A stretch of DNA of 64,000 nt. Source: an uncultured Alphaproteobacteria bacterium. GTDB taxonomy: Bacteria > Pseudomonadota > Alphaproteobacteria > Rickettsiales > JALZUV01. Below, one piece after another: positions 1 to 10,257 of the stretch (the first letter of the stretch is position 1; the number at the start of each line of letters is the position of its first letter). Position numbers and translations under genes: made by a program. The DNA lies in contig CAWILT010000002.1 of the NCBI GenBank assembly GCA_963837025.1, positions 230,554 through 294,553 of the forward strand, given 5' to 3'. The notes under the pieces were generated by a model that saw only the letters and a program-made list of their open reading frames with translations, was not told the DNA's origin and did no database searches.

Positions 1-676
1 TGATAAGCGAATGGCCATAGGTTTTGCGCCCATTTGCATGGGTGCCGCACTGAGCGGGCGCGATAACAAAGCATCCTGTTTCAATCGCACGGGCGCGGCA
101 CAGCACATGCCAGCCGCCACGACTGCCGGTATAATGGGTGAATGCTGCCGGTATAGCCAATATGTTCGCACCCGCTTTGGCTAACACGCGATAGAGCGCA
201 GCAAAGCGCACATCATAACAAATGCTATGGCCTAAAGTTGCCTCATCCATCTGAGATAAAACCGCTTTATTGCCGGCACTAAAGCGCGATGATTCTACAT
301 GCGATTCACCTTGTGGAATGGTGACATCAAATAGATGTATTTTATCATAACGCGCCACGATTTCGCCAGAGGGAGCCAATAAATATTGTCGGTTAACATA
401 TTTGGCACCATCTTTTACTTTCATATGCAGGCTGCCAATTAAGACTGAAACATGGTGGTCTTTAACCCACTGTTTTGTTGCAGTTAATGCAGGATGCTCA
501 CTTTCATAATAAACCTGCTGATGAAATGATTCACCGCTGGCCATCAAAAAAGCATTCTCGGGTAGGGCAATAAATGAAGCCCCCATTTGCGCGGCTTGTT
601 GAACCTGCTTGGCTAGTGTAACGCAATTTTGCTCTAATGAGTCGCTACTGTTACATTGAATGGCGGCAATTTTCAT
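1..676 (-). CDS. carbon-nitrogen hydrolase (nitrilase superfamily); C-terminal end runs off the window
   Basis: Not in the ORF track (no stop in window). My reverse-strand translation from ATG 676..674 gives MKIAAIQCNSSDSLEQN...FIALPENAF...RYDKIHLFDV...LGHSICYDVRFAALY...ILAIPAAFT. These are the E / K / C(ICYDxRF) blocks of the nitrilase superfamily. Confidence 0.75.
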   Translation of the reverse strand, partial: MKIAAIQCNSSDSLEQNCVTLAKQVQQAAQMGASFIALPENAFLMASGESFHQQVYYESEHPALTATKQWVKDHHVSVLIGSLHMKVKDGAKYVNRQYLLAPSGEIVARYDKIHLFDVTIPQGESHVESSRFSAGNKAVLSQMDEATLGHSICYDVRFAALYRVLAKAGANILAIPAAFTHYTGSRGGWHVLCRARAIETGCFVIAPAQCGTHANGRKTYGHSLI

Positions 677-781
677 GCGTGTATGATGCGCCAAGCGCGC
701 AAGGATGCAACTTTTTTATGAGGTTGCACTTGAACCACTGTCGTAACTAAGCCATCTTTCATTGGCAATAGAGAGTGTAGC

Positions 782-1942
782 ATGGTTATTTCAGCAAATT
801 TAGGGTTTCCCTCAACGGGCGCACATCACGAGCTTCAAGCCGCTTTAACGGCATTTCAATCTGGCGAAATGACTCAACAAGCAGTAGAGCTAGTCGCTCA
901 AGATATTCGGCGCGAAAATTGGATGTTGCAGCATAATCAAGGGATACAGCACATTCCTAGTAATGATTTTACTTATAAATACCGTATGTTAGACACTATA
1001 TGCATGCTGGGCGCGCTTCCATTATGCTCTATACAATCGCATCAAAAATTTGATTTGAAGCAATATTGCGAACTCGCAGATGATTTTACCATACCTGCGC
1101 TGAGCATAGATATGGAATTGACGTTTTGTAATCGCAAAGCTGTGGATGAATTTTTAGAAGCTAAAGCGATAGGTATTCATACGCGCCCCGTTTTGATCGG
1201 CCCATTGAGCATATGCCAATTAGCAGGTCTTTCGATTGAAGATAAGCAGATAATTGCCCCCAAAATTGTGGCGGTCTATGCGCAATTATTGAGCGAACTG
1301 GCAGAAGTAGGAGCCAATTGGGTGCAATTCGATGAGCTAAGTTTGAATGCGCAAACCAGCGGCGATGAGCTTGAAATATACATGCAAACCTATCAATCGC
1401 TACGCAAAACATCGCCCAAATTGCATCTGATGGTTACCACACAGGGAGATTTAGGTGGAAATCTTGAAGCGGTGAGTCAGTTGCCTTGTGCCGGTGTGCA
1501 TTTAGATTTAGTGCACGCACCACACCAGCTTGAAGCTGCGTTAGTTATTTGGCCAGCAAAAAAGGCGCTTTCGCTAGGGGTGGTAGATGGCCAATCCATT
1601 TGGCGTAGTGACTTAAAGCAAGCGGTTAAATGGGGGGAAGCGGCAGCAGATGCCATTGGTCATGCATGGGTGCAAATCGCATCCACCCAAAGCTTAGAAT
1701 CACTGCCTTACGATGCGCTAAATAGGGAGCAGTTGGATGCAGAGTTAAAAACCTATGTCAGCTTTGCAAAGCAAAAACTAGCCGAGATTGCCACCGCCGC
1801 AACCGGTGTGAGCAAAGGCAGAGGCGCCATTCGAAGCGAAATTGAAACGAATCAAAAGGTGTTAGCACATTGGCAAGCCTCACCTTATCAAGATAGCGAG
1901 CAGGTGCTGCAATTAATAGCAAGCGAACAAACACTAGTTTAA
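782..1942 (+). CDS. MetE N-terminal-domain-like protein (Meth_synt_1 half only; catalytic C-terminal half absent)
   Basis: Collinear with the E. coli MetE N-domain: LGFPSTGAHHELQAAL vs LGFPRVGLRRELKKAQ, WVQFDE vs WVQIDEP, GVHLDLVHAP vs GLHVDLVHGK, LDAELKTYVSFAKQKLAEI vs LDAEVKSWFAFALQKCHEL. It stops at the interdomain linker. Confidence 0.6.
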   Translation: MVISANLGFPSTGAHHELQAALTAFQSGEMTQQAVELVAQDIRRENWMLQHNQGIQHIPSNDFTYKYRMLDTICMLGALPLCSIQSHQKFDLKQYCELADDFTIPALSIDMELTFCNRKAVDEFLEAKAIGIHTRPVLIGPLSICQLAGLSIEDKQIIAPKIVAVYAQLLSELAEVGANWVQFDELSLNAQTSGDELEIYMQTYQSLRKTSPKLHLMVTTQGDLGGNLEAVSQLPCAGVHLDLVHAPHQLEAALVIWPAKKALSLGVVDGQSIWRSDLKQAVKWGEAAADAIGHAWVQIASTQSLESLPYDALNREQLDAELKTYVSFAKQKLAEIATAATGVSKGRGAIRSEIETNQKVLAHWQASPYQDSEQVLQLIASEQTLV

Positions 1943-2692
1943 GCTAAAATAAGCCTGACATTTTGCATCGGTGTGGGGTGATTGAGCATAATGTGCGGCT
2001 TGTTTGCCCACTAGCATGGCACGATTTACATCTTGCAAACAGCCATCTGCCGCTTGGGAATAGGCCATTATTTTGCCGCTTGATGCGATGCCATCGTCAC
2101 TTTTAATATCTAAATTTTTAATGTCATCAGCATTGGCAATCGCGCGATTAAAGCGCCAATCAGATAAACCGCCTAATACAATAAAATGCTGATTTTTCCA
2201 CTCGGCGCGGCTATAGGCGATAGAACTGCTGAGCAAATAACCTGAATCCGGATATGATCCTGCTGGCATATTCTCGCCAGGCACATAATAATCGCCGATT
2301 AAATCGCCAGAATAGGCCTTTTCAATCAATCCAGCTAATGCGAGATGCTGCCATGCAAGCGCCGCTTCAGGTGTTATGTCTGCTTCGGGCGTGTCTGCAA
2401 TGATGGAATCGCCATTGCCATTGCAATCAGCAAATAAATAGCGACAATTATTCCAATAATTTGAGGCGTTCATCATATCGCCGGGCACGGCTTGATAGGC
2501 TACTTCAAACCGTTTAAAGGCAGTTTTATAGCGCTCCACTTCGGTTAAAATCTGTTTGTCATGCGATTTTAAGGTGAGTTCAGCGCCGGTTGAGATACTG
2601 CCAGCTAACACCGCAGCCGCAACAATCAATAAGAAAACGGTAAATATGGCAGGTGAAAAGATGCGGGTTTGTTTTAAAGCTAAACTGTTCAT
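1934..2692 (-). CDS. hypothetical membrane-anchored/secreted protein
   Basis: ORF track 1934..2728. The internal Met at 2692 is preceded by AGGGA and followed by a hydrophobic helix (IFSPAIFTVFLLIVAAAVLAGSIS). No family recognised. Confidence 0.4.
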   Translation of the reverse strand: MNSLALKQTRIFSPAIFTVFLLIVAAAVLAGSISTGAELTLKSHDKQILTEVERYKTAFKRFEVAYQAVPGDMMNASNYWNNCRYLFADCNGNGDSIIADTPEADITPEAALAWQHLALAGLIEKAYSGDLIGDYYVPGENMPAGSYPDSGYLLSSSIAYSRAEWKNQHFIVLGGLSDWRFNRAIANADDIKNLDIKSDDGIASSGKIMAYSQAADGCLQDVNRAMLVGKQAAHYAQSPHTDAKCQAYFSLN

Positions 2693-2802
2693 GCGTATCC
2701 CTGCTGTTATTTCACAAGACAATAACATAAAAACGCTGATAAGTTAACAACCATTAACCACTGTCACAAATCTTTAACATTCCAAAGCACGGTAACGCGA
2801 AG

Positions 2803-2831
2803 CAAAAAAAAGGGTGGCACGCAGCCACCCT
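2803..2831 (-). terminator. rho-independent terminator of the porin gene
   Basis: AGGGTGGC / GCCACCCT stem with a 5-nt loop. On the minus strand it is followed by a T8 run (A-run 2803..2810 on plus). Confidence 0.7.
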
Positions 2832-2855
2832 CTTTTCAAATAAGTTCTAGTTAAA

Positions 2856-3926
2856 CTAGAATGCGAGTTCAGTACCCAAGATAACAACCGTACCGTCGTT
2901 ACTTGCAATAGCACCTTCAGCATCAAACATGCTTACTTCTGCATAAGGAGTAAGGCCAGGAGCTAACATATAATCAGCACCAACTACGAGGTTATCGAAG
3001 TCATTGCCATTAGCTTCTGAATCTAACCAAGTTACCGATGCGCCGAAAGGACCGAAGTCATAACCAGCACCCAGCGTATAATAGTCAGCATCGCCACCTA
3101 AAGTGTCTAACCAGTCACCATAAGAACCAGCAACATTAACACCATAGAAGTTAGTAGCTAAACCAGCATTGTAACCTTCAAGATCATTAAGACCAGCTGC
3201 ATCTGATTCGCCCATAACACCCGTAACTGCTGCAGCAATACCAAAACCTTGGAAATCACCTTCGTAATTAAGTGCTGCTTCGAATACATTACTGTAACCA
3301 TCATCTAAACGATCAACAAGTTGACCACGGTTTTCTAAATCAGGAGTATAAGAACCACCTAATTGGAAACCAGCGAAACGTGGGCTATAATAGTTGATTT
3401 TGTTCGCATTAAAGGTCGACTCATCACCAAATAATGTTGTATCACCCACTTCAGGAGCTAAACCTGGAGTGCTGATGAAAGAATCTGTTGTTGGAGCTGC
3501 GAAGAAAACCCAATCGCCATCAATACCACCGGTACCGCGAGCAATGTTATCTGCTTCAACTGCTAAAGTTTCTGCAGAACCTGCAGTAGAACCCATTTCG
3601 AAACGACCAAAAGCGCCATCTAAGAACACATAAGTGTTAGAAGCGTTTAAGCCTTCGTTATTAGCGTCTGCAGTTACGTCAGCTTCCAAATCAATTACTG
3701 CACCATAACCAAGACCGTTATCGGCTTTGCCATGCACAGAGAAAGAAACTTCAGTGTCGTTACGGAAACCATAATCACTGGTACCAGCGTCTAAATCTTG
3801 GTCAACATAACCTGCTTGGAAGTCAATTACGCCGCCAACCATTACTTTTGGGTCTTCTGCTTGAGCAGCACCTGCAATTAATGCAGCGCCAATCAGAGCA
3901 GTCGTACCGATCAAAAACTTTTTCAT
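2856..3926 (-). CDS. outer-membrane porin (alphaproteobacterial Omp2/RopA-like type)
   Basis: Signal peptide MKKFLIGTTALIGAALIAGAAQA, G/Y/D-rich amphipathic beta-strand pattern, C-terminal ...GTELAF. Confidence 0.8.
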   Translation of the reverse strand: MKKFLIGTTALIGAALIAGAAQAEDPKVMVGGVIDFQAGYVDQDLDAGTSDYGFRNDTEVSFSVHGKADNGLGYGAVIDLEADVTADANNEGLNASNTYVFLDGAFGRFEMGSTAGSAETLAVEADNIARGTGGIDGDWVFFAAPTTDSFISTPGLAPEVGDTTLFGDESTFNANKINYYSPRFAGFQLGGSYTPDLENRGQLVDRLDDGYSNVFEAALNYEGDFQGFGIAAAVTGVMGESDAAGLNDLEGYNAGLATNFYGVNVAGSYGDWLDTLGGDADYYTLGAGYDFGPFGASVTWLDSEANGNDFDNLVVGADYMLAPGLTPYAEVSMFDAEGAIASNDGTVVILGTELAF

Positions 3927-4113
3927 GATAAATATCCTAATGCTTTGTTTATTACTATCGTTAAAGATTACGGAAAATAAATTCCCGCATCAACTGTGGC
4001 CATATTTAGCCGACTCGGTTACGATATACAAGCGCGAATGCAAATCTGTGGATAAAATAGCAGCTTCTGAGTCACGCTGTTGCGACAAAAACACAACCAA
4101 ATTGAGGATTAGA

Positions 4114-4776
4114 GTGAATATTGCCAATCAAATTAAAGCTGTGGATAAGGTGTTAAATCAAGCGCCAGCGCCCCTTCAATCACCTCATCACGCCCCTAAA
4201 CTGATTGCGGTGAGTAAGCAACAACCCAAAGCAAAAATAGATGAAGCATTAGCCACAGGCCATAAAATTTTTGGTGAAAATCGCTTAGAAGAAGGTTTGG
4301 AGCATTGGAAACAGCATAAAATACAGCAACCAGAGCTAGAAATTCATTTTATTGGCGCGCTACAAAGTAAAAAAGCAGAAGCGGTGGTGGATTTTTTTGA
4401 TGCGATTCATTCGGTTGATCGTCCATCGCTTGCACTCGCGCTACAAAAAGCGATGGAAAAAACCGCCAAACGCCCCGATTGCTTTATTCAAATAAATACC
4501 GGTAAAGAGGAACAAAAGTCGGGTGTGCTGCCACACGATGCGGATGCGTTTATCCATAAATGTAAGCAAGAATGGAATTTGCCTATTGTAGGGCTGATGT
4601 GCCTACCGCCACAAGGGCAAAACCCAGTGCCGCATTTTGCCTATTTAAAACAATTAGCCACCCAGCATGGGTTGCATCAACTGAGCATGGGTATGAGTGA
4701 TGATTGGGAGCTGGCATTGCGTATGGGTGCCACTCATATTCGCCTAGGCACCGCAATATTTGGTGCTCGCGACTAG
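4114..4776 (+). CDS. yggS: YggS-family pyridoxal-phosphate binding protein
   Basis: LIAVSKQQP...FGENRLEE...HFIGALQSKK...LSMGMSDDWELALRMGATHIRLGTAIFG. GTG 4114 has a GAGGA Shine-Dalgarno 5 nt upstream. The track start at 3925 adds about 60 non-homologous residues. Confidence 0.8.
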   Translation: MNIANQIKAVDKVLNQAPAPLQSPHHAPKLIAVSKQQPKAKIDEALATGHKIFGENRLEEGLEHWKQHKIQQPELEIHFIGALQSKKAEAVVDFFDAIHSVDRPSLALALQKAMEKTAKRPDCFIQINTGKEEQKSGVLPHDADAFIHKCKQEWNLPIVGLMCLPPQGQNPVPHFAYLKQLATQHGLHQLSMGMSDDWELALRMGATHIRLGTAIFGARD

Positions 4777-5864
4777 ATGCTTTCATAACCTGCAATTTGC
4801 AAGCCATAGCCATCAAGGCCAATAACCGCATTGCGGCTGTTAGAAAGTAAGATCATTTCGGTAACGCCAGAGTCGATAAGAATTTGTGCGCCGATACCGT
4901 AATCACGCAGCATGGGTGCGGCATTACTGGTTTCGCCACTGCGTTGGCCTAATAATTCGGATAGCGTATTGCGGCGCGGCTCGCGAATAATCACAACAAG
5001 ACCTTCGCCATGATCCGCAATTTTTTGCATTGCTTTACTAAGCTCGCCGGTTTTATCGGCGAAATTGTCGCCCACTGCATCGCGCAGTAAGTCGAATGCA
5101 TGCATTCGCACCCATACAGGTTTGGCAGGGTTGGGATTGCCTTTCTTTAATACTAAATGCTCGGCATATTCTAGCGTACTGGTATAGACGGTAGCTTGCC
5201 ATTCTCCGCCAAACTGGCTGGTGATGGTGGTGGATTTGCCCGCTTTAACTAATTTATCGGTGCGGCGGCGATAGGCGATTAAATCGGCGATGGAGGCAAT
5301 TTTTAATCCATGCTTTTTGGCATAAGGAATTAAATCGGGTAGGCGCGCCATTTCGCCATCATCTTTCATAATCTCGCAAATAACGCCGGAAGGGTTGAGG
5401 CCGGCTAGACGCGAAATATCAACTGCCGCTTCGGTATGGCCTGCGCGTACCAGCACCCCACCATCGCGCGCCTCAAGCGGGAATATATGGCCGGGCGTGG
5501 CAATTTCAGTTGGGTGACACTCAGAGTTTATCGCGGTGAGGATAGTGTGCGACCGATCCGCTGCGCTGATGCCTGTAGTTACGCCTTCACGCGCTTCAAT
5601 TGAAACGGTAAAGGCCGTTTCGTGGCGCGAACTATTCTGTTTGGCCATTTTAGGCAAGCCCAATTTATGAATTTGCTGGCTGGTCATGGGTAGGCAAATA
5701 AGCCCACGGCCATGAGTAGCCATAAAATTCACTACCTGCGGCGTGGCAAATTGCGCAGGAATAACTAAATCGCCTTCATTTTCGCGGTCTTCATCATCAA
5801 CCAGAATAAACATTCGGCCTGCTTTGGCATCGTCCAAAATTTCTTCAATTGAGTTTAATTTCAT
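4773..5864 (-). CDS. ribB: 3,4-dihydroxy-2-butanone-4-phosphate synthase fused to a Cys-less GTP-cyclohydrolase-II-like domain (RibBX type)
   Basis: N-terminal half: [20 protein letters not shown]...GHTEAAVD. The C-terminal half aligns to RibA, but [15 protein letters not shown] replaces VHSECLTGD...CDCG. Confidence 0.85.
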   Translation of the reverse strand: MKLNSIEEILDDAKAGRMFILVDDEDRENEGDLVIPAQFATPQVVNFMATHGRGLICLPMTSQQIHKLGLPKMAKQNSSRHETAFTVSIEAREGVTTGISAADRSHTILTAINSECHPTEIATPGHIFPLEARDGGVLVRAGHTEAAVDISRLAGLNPSGVICEIMKDDGEMARLPDLIPYAKKHGLKIASIADLIAYRRRTDKLVKAGKSTTITSQFGGEWQATVYTSTLEYAEHLVLKKGNPNPAKPVWVRMHAFDLLRDAVGDNFADKTGELSKAMQKIADHGEGLVVIIREPRRNTLSELLGQRSGETSNAAPMLRDYGIGAQILIDSGVTEMILLSNSRNAVIGLDGYGLQIAGYESI

Positions 5865-6466
5865 ATGCGTGCTTGTTCCTGTGTTTGGGCGAGTAAATAG
5901 CGGGCAATTAAATCCGCTTCAAGGTTTACGGCATCGCCAACTTTCAAATTTCCCAGATTGGTGTGATCAAGTGTGTGTGGAATAATCATAAGCTCGCAAA
6001 TTTTGCTTTCACGCTGCACCTTATTAACGGTGAGCGAAACGCCATTGATCGCCACCGATCCTTTATCTGCTAAGTAAGCACCGAAATTTTGTGGATAGGC
6101 GAAAGCCAGCAGCCAAAAATCGCCTTGCGCTTCAAAGGTGGTAATTTTTGCTACGGCATCCACATGTCCGGTTACGAAATGGCCGCCAAATTCGCCGCCA
6201 ACGGCTACGGGTCGCTCTAGATTAATACCCGAGCCCACCTGCCATTTACCCAATGTTGTTTTTGCGAGCGATTCAGGTGAAATTTCAACGGTGAAACTAT
6301 CGGTGTTTTTGGCAACTACCGTCATACACGCTCCATCACAGGCGATGGATGCGCCAATGGGCACGCTAGCCATTTCTAATAGGCTTTGGATTTCCAGCCG
6401 TTTGCCATGGGCGAGCGATTCAACGGCTCGAACCGTGCCAAGATGGGTGATTATTCCGGTAAACAT
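5861..6466 (-). CDS. ribE: riboflavin synthase alpha chain
   Basis: MFTGIITHLGTV..., internal duplication, GHFVTGHVD motif. 4-nt overlap with ribB. Confidence 0.9.
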   Translation of the reverse strand: MFTGIITHLGTVRAVESLAHGKRLEIQSLLEMASVPIGASIACDGACMTVVAKNTDSFTVEISPESLAKTTLGKWQVGSGINLERPVAVGGEFGGHFVTGHVDAVAKITTFEAQGDFWLLAFAYPQNFGAYLADKGSVAINGVSLTVNKVQRESKICELMIIPHTLDHTNLGNLKVGDAVNLEADLIARYLLAQTQEQARI

Positions 6467-6467
6467 A

Positions 6468-7442
6468 TCAGCCTTTTAACAGGCTTTGCGGGTCAGTAAA
6501 ACGATAAACGGTTAAGATATCATTGCCCAAGGTAAGGCGTTGGTGCGGTGCGGGTAAAGATTTTTCCTGCCAGAGCTGTTCAAACGCGCTAATGCCTTGC
6601 CCAAATGATACTGTGGGTGCGCTATACCAATAAAGTTCATCTACCAAATTTTCCCGCAAGAAGGCTTGGCTGAGGCTAGCGCCCGCTTCCACCATTAAGT
6701 GGTTCACTCCCTCATTGGCAAAAGCGCGCAAGAGTTGGGGCAGGGTTGCCTCGCGGCGTAAAGTGAAATCCGTTTGGGCAATGCGGCTTCGCCTATCCAG
6801 CACATGGCGCGCAGGCGAGAGCGCCTCTAGTCCATCAATGCGACAAGTAAGCTGCGGGGCATCGGCAAGATAGGTGCCACTACCGGTGAGAATCGCATCA
6901 TTTCGGCTGCGCAAATGATGGCCGTGGTTGCGCGCTTCCTGCTCAGTTATCCATTTGCTGCTGCCATCCTCGCGCGCAATAAACCCATCGGCGGTGGTGG
7001 CGATTTTAAGTGTTACCCACGGGTGTAAAAGGCGCACACGGCTAATAAATCCGCGTGTAATTTCAGTGGCTTGTGCTGCTCCATCGCCTAATTGCACAGC
7101 AATATTGGCTGATTGTAATTGAGCAATACCTTGACCATCCACCTTTGGGTAGGGGTCTTGTAAGGCGATAACCACTTTGGCGGGCTTTGCCGCAATGATG
7201 GCTTGCACGCATGGCGGTGTTTGACCGTGATGAGCACATGGTTCAAGCGTAACATAGAGGGTTGCGCCTTCCACCTGGTTGCCTGCTTGAACCAGCGCTA
7301 GGGGTTCAGCATGAGGGCGCCCAAATGGTGCAGTACGTGCCTGACTAATTACCTGATTATCGCGAACAATAACACATCCAACGCTAGGATTAGGCCCTGT
7401 ATTGCCGATGCCAAGCGCTGCTAAATCAAGCGCTTTTTGCAT
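6468..7442 (-). CDS. ribD: bifunctional riboflavin deaminase/reductase
   Basis: NPSVGCVIV, HAEPLAL, TLEPCAHHGQTPPC deaminase motifs plus a reductase half. Met at 7442 (MQKALDLA...) chosen because the track start overlaps the upstream lipoprotein gene. Confidence 0.9.
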   Translation of the reverse strand: MQKALDLAALGIGNTGPNPSVGCVIVRDNQVISQARTAPFGRPHAEPLALVQAGNQVEGATLYVTLEPCAHHGQTPPCVQAIIAAKPAKVVIALQDPYPKVDGQGIAQLQSANIAVQLGDGAAQATEITRGFISRVRLLHPWVTLKIATTADGFIAREDGSSKWITEQEARNHGHHLRSRNDAILTGSGTYLADAPQLTCRIDGLEALSPARHVLDRRSRIAQTDFTLRREATLPQLLRAFANEGVNHLMVEAGASLSQAFLRENLVDELYWYSAPTVSFGQGISAFEQLWQEKSLPAPHQRLTLGNDILTVYRFTDPQSLLKG

Positions 7443-7452
7443 GAAAGGTGAG

Positions 7453-8184
7453 CTAGTCAATGCAGAATGCAGGCGCGGTAGAGCTAACTTTATTGAGCGT
7501 AATTGATACTTCGCCATTACGCTTTACATTTATATTTCGTTGTTCTCTTGGCTGGCAATTTTCAAATGTTTCAGCGTTTTCGATTATCCACCCCTCTTCA
7601 TTTTGACTGATGGATGCATTGCATAAAGCTTTGGCATTAAAACCATCGGTTTTACCGCGACCCAGTTTATTTGAAATATAAGCCCATGCTAGCGCTGCCT
7701 GCGGCGTGCGAATTTTTACATGTAATTTTTGCAAAGCATCTTGCTGCTTAAAAATAAGCGATTTATTATTTTGCGTTAAAATAAGAGCACCAAAGGTTTT
7801 GCCTGCAAAACTTTCTGTAGCCATAATATTTGAACTGAACACATCTTGGCCTAATAGCTCTTCAATGGCGCTATTATTAAATTTAGCTGCTTTTTGATTG
7901 GGCGTATCCACTTTGGCCGATTGACTTAAACATAAGTAAACATGCTCAGCATTGGCAATATCCAAACCTTTTAATTCGTGCAAATCACAGGCGCGCGTAT
8001 AGGGATTAGCCGTGTTTTCAATCAACGTAGCCGCAGGAAACTCACCGCTTTTGCAATAATTTTTTAAAAGCTCAGCGCTAGATTCAATTTCTTCTTTCAA
8101 AGGCGCTTCATCTTTTTTAGCGTCATCTAAACACGCTGACAATAAAAAGGTGCAACTAAATAGCATGAGAATAATTCGATTCAT
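7453..8184 (-). CDS. hypothetical lipoprotein
   Basis: [18 protein letters not shown] lipobox signal. No family recognised. Sits between nrdR and ribD. Confidence 0.6.
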   Translation of the reverse strand: MNRIILMLFSCTFLLSACLDDAKKDEAPLKEEIESSAELLKNYCKSGEFPAATLIENTANPYTRACDLHELKGLDIANAEHVYLCLSQSAKVDTPNQKAAKFNNSAIEELLGQDVFSSNIMATESFAGKTFGALILTQNNKSLIFKQQDALQKLHVKIRTPQAALAWAYISNKLGRGKTDGFNAKALCNASISQNEEGWIIENAETFENCQPREQRNINVKRNGEVSITLNKVSSTAPAFCID

Positions 8185-8669
8185 GTGGTTTCTTTCGTTG
8201 GTTTATCGGCATGAGCAAGGGTGCTTTGTAATGTTTCCACAAAGGTTTCAAAATCGCGCGCTTCACGAAAATTGCGGTAAACACTGGCATAGCGAATATA
8301 GGCCACTTTATCGAGGGTTTGTAGCCCTTCCATTACCAGCTCGCCAATTCGGGTTGAGGCAACTTCGGCTTCGCCTGAAGCTTCTAATGTGCGCACAATG
8401 CGACTGACTAATTGGGCAACCGCTTCGGGTGTAACAGGCCGTTTACGAGTGGCGATTGAAATGGAGCGATGGATTTTATCGCGATCGAGCGCTTTACGAT
8501 CGCCATTGGTTTTAACCACAACCAATTCGCGCAATTGCACACGTTCAAACGTGGTGAAACGCGAATCGCATGAAGGGCAATTGCGACGACGGCGAATAGA
8601 CTCGCCCTCCTCACCCGCGCGACTATCTTTAACTTGCGTATCAAGATGACCGCAAAAAGGGCATTTCAT
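8181..8669 (-). CDS. nrdR: transcriptional repressor NrdR
   Basis: [17 protein letters not shown]...[17 protein letters not shown] zinc ribbon plus ATP-cone. Confidence 0.95.
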   Translation of the reverse strand: MKCPFCGHLDTQVKDSRAGEEGESIRRRRNCPSCDSRFTTFERVQLRELVVVKTNGDRKALDRDKIHRSISIATRKRPVTPEAVAQLVSRIVRTLEASGEAEVASTRIGELVMEGLQTLDKVAYIRYASVYRNFREARDFETFVETLQSTLAHADKPTKETT

Positions 8670-8671
8670 GA

Positions 8672-10036
8672 CTAGCCTTTATACTCTGCATAGATGGGAA
8701 AGCGCGAACAAAGTTCTTTCACTTTAACCTTCACTTCTTTTTCAATCGCACGGTTATTATCTGGATTTTTGGCTAAACCATCTAACACATCGCAAATAAG
8801 CTCGCCGACTAATCGACATTCTTCAATGCCAAAGCCGCGACTGGTAATGGCAGGCGTGCCCAAACGCAAACCCGATGTGACCATGGGCGATTCAGGATCG
8901 AAGGGGATAGAGTTTTTATTAGCCGTTAAACCTGCGCGCTCTAATGATGCTTCGGCTTTATCGCCAGTTAAACCTTTAGGTCGCAAATCAACCAATAACA
9001 TGTGATTATCCGTGCCGCCGGTTACTAAATTAACGCCACGATTGACCAATACTTCACCCATCGCGCGGGCATTAATGACAATATCTTTGCCATAAGCTTT
9101 ATATTCATCGGTTAGTGCTTGGCCGAATGCAATGGCTTTACCAGCAATCACATGCACCAATGGCCCGCCTTGGATACCAGGGAAAATCGCCGAATTTAAC
9201 GCTTGGCCTAAGGTGATGGTTTTGCCTGATTTTAAGGTGCGCACTACTTTATCGGGTGTGGCAGTCAAAATAATGCCACCACGAGGCCCGCGGAGTGTTT
9301 TATGCGTGGTTGAGGTAACAATATCAGCAAACGGAATGGGCGAGGGATAGCTACCCGCAGCCACTAAACCGGATACATGCGCCATATCCACCATAAACCA
9401 TGCGCCCACTTCATCGGCTATATCACGGAATTTTTTCCAATCAATCACACGGGTATAGGCAGAAAAACCAGCAATAATGAGCTTAGGTTTAATTTTAATC
9501 GCTTGCGCACGAATGGCATCATAATCGAGCAAATGCGTTTTTTCGTCCACACCATATTGATGAGCATCAAACCATTTGCCCGATTGATTAGGCGCCGCGC
9601 CATGCGTTAAATGCCCGCCCGCTGCTAAGGATTGGCCTAAGATAACATCATTGGGTTTTAATAAAGCGGTAAACACGCCCTGATTAGCTTGGCTGCCTGA
9701 GCTAGGTTGCACATTAGCATAAGATGCGCCATAGATTTTGCATAATCGGTCAATGGCTAATTGTTCCACTTCATCGGCATATTCACAGCCACCATAATAG
9801 CGCTTGCCCGGATACCCTTCTGCATATTTATTGGTAAAAACACTACCTTGAGCCTGCATAACCGCTAGTGAGGTGAGGTTTTCGGACGCAATAAGCTCGA
9901 TTTGTTTCTGCTGGCGCTTTAATTCATGCTGCATGGAAGCAAAAATTTCGGCATCGGCATCTTCTAGCGATTGATTAAATAACGCGCTTTGATTGGTTGG
10001 TTTATTGACAGTTTTAGGGGCCATAGCGGTGCTCAT
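8672..10036 (-). CDS. glyA: serine hydroxymethyltransferase
   Basis: [35 protein letters not shown]. Met at 10036 has GGGAGA upstream; the track start is 10054. Confidence 0.95.
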   Translation of the reverse strand: MSTAMAPKTVNKPTNQSALFNQSLEDADAEIFASMQHELKRQQKQIELIASENLTSLAVMQAQGSVFTNKYAEGYPGKRYYGGCEYADEVEQLAIDRLCKIYGASYANVQPSSGSQANQGVFTALLKPNDVILGQSLAAGGHLTHGAAPNQSGKWFDAHQYGVDEKTHLLDYDAIRAQAIKIKPKLIIAGFSAYTRVIDWKKFRDIADEVGAWFMVDMAHVSGLVAAGSYPSPIPFADIVTSTTHKTLRGPRGGIILTATPDKVVRTLKSGKTITLGQALNSAIFPGIQGGPLVHVIAGKAIAFGQALTDEYKAYGKDIVINARAMGEVLVNRGVNLVTGGTDNHMLLVDLRPKGLTGDKAEASLERAGLTANKNSIPFDPESPMVTSGLRLGTPAITSRGFGIEECRLVGELICDVLDGLAKNPDNNRAIEKEVKVKVKELCSRFPIYAEYKG

Positions 10037-10203
10037 ATTCAGTTTCTCCCACATTTCAATGTGTCTTATATGTCGCTTCTATAGCGTGTTTTTGTGCCCA
10101 TCACAACAATTCGCTCAAAATAAAAGACAAAATTATGGCAGTTGTTAACGTTGTGTTAACCTTTAGTTGCTATTCTGAGTTCTAATGGCCGGAGTGGCTA
10201 TTG

Positions 10204-10229
10204 TAAATGTGGACAGGTAGTCCGATTAA
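10204..10229 (+). promoter_or_regulatory. possible sigma28-type promoter of the flagellin gene
   Basis: TAAA (10204) ... TCCGATTAA (10221), resembling TAAA-N15-GCCGATAA, but the spacer is about 2 nt short. Confidence 0.3.
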
Positions 10230-10257
10230 CCTTTAAAAATCCAAGTAGGAGAATACT

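Noticed and set aside
677-781. B12 or SAM riboswitch upstream of the metE-like ORF.
   Set aside because: The leader is only about 100 nt, contains one small hairpin, and lacks a B12-box-like sequence.
3925-4113. The 63-codon N-terminal extension of yggS in the ORF track.
   Set aside because: The extension has no YggS homology and covers the porin promoter region. GTG 4114 with a GAGGA Shine-Dalgarno gives a normal-length protein.
7443-8184. FMN riboswitch upstream of the rib genes.
   Set aside because: There is no non-coding leader. ribD is preceded directly by the lipoprotein gene and nrdR with overlaps or short gaps, and I saw no conserved FMN-element sequence.
10141-10200. Possible sigma54 promoter upstream of fliC (TGGCCGGAGTGGCT, TGGCAGTTGTTAACG).
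   Set aside because: The GG and GC elements are not 10 nt apart in either case. Only a weak sigma28-like match remains.
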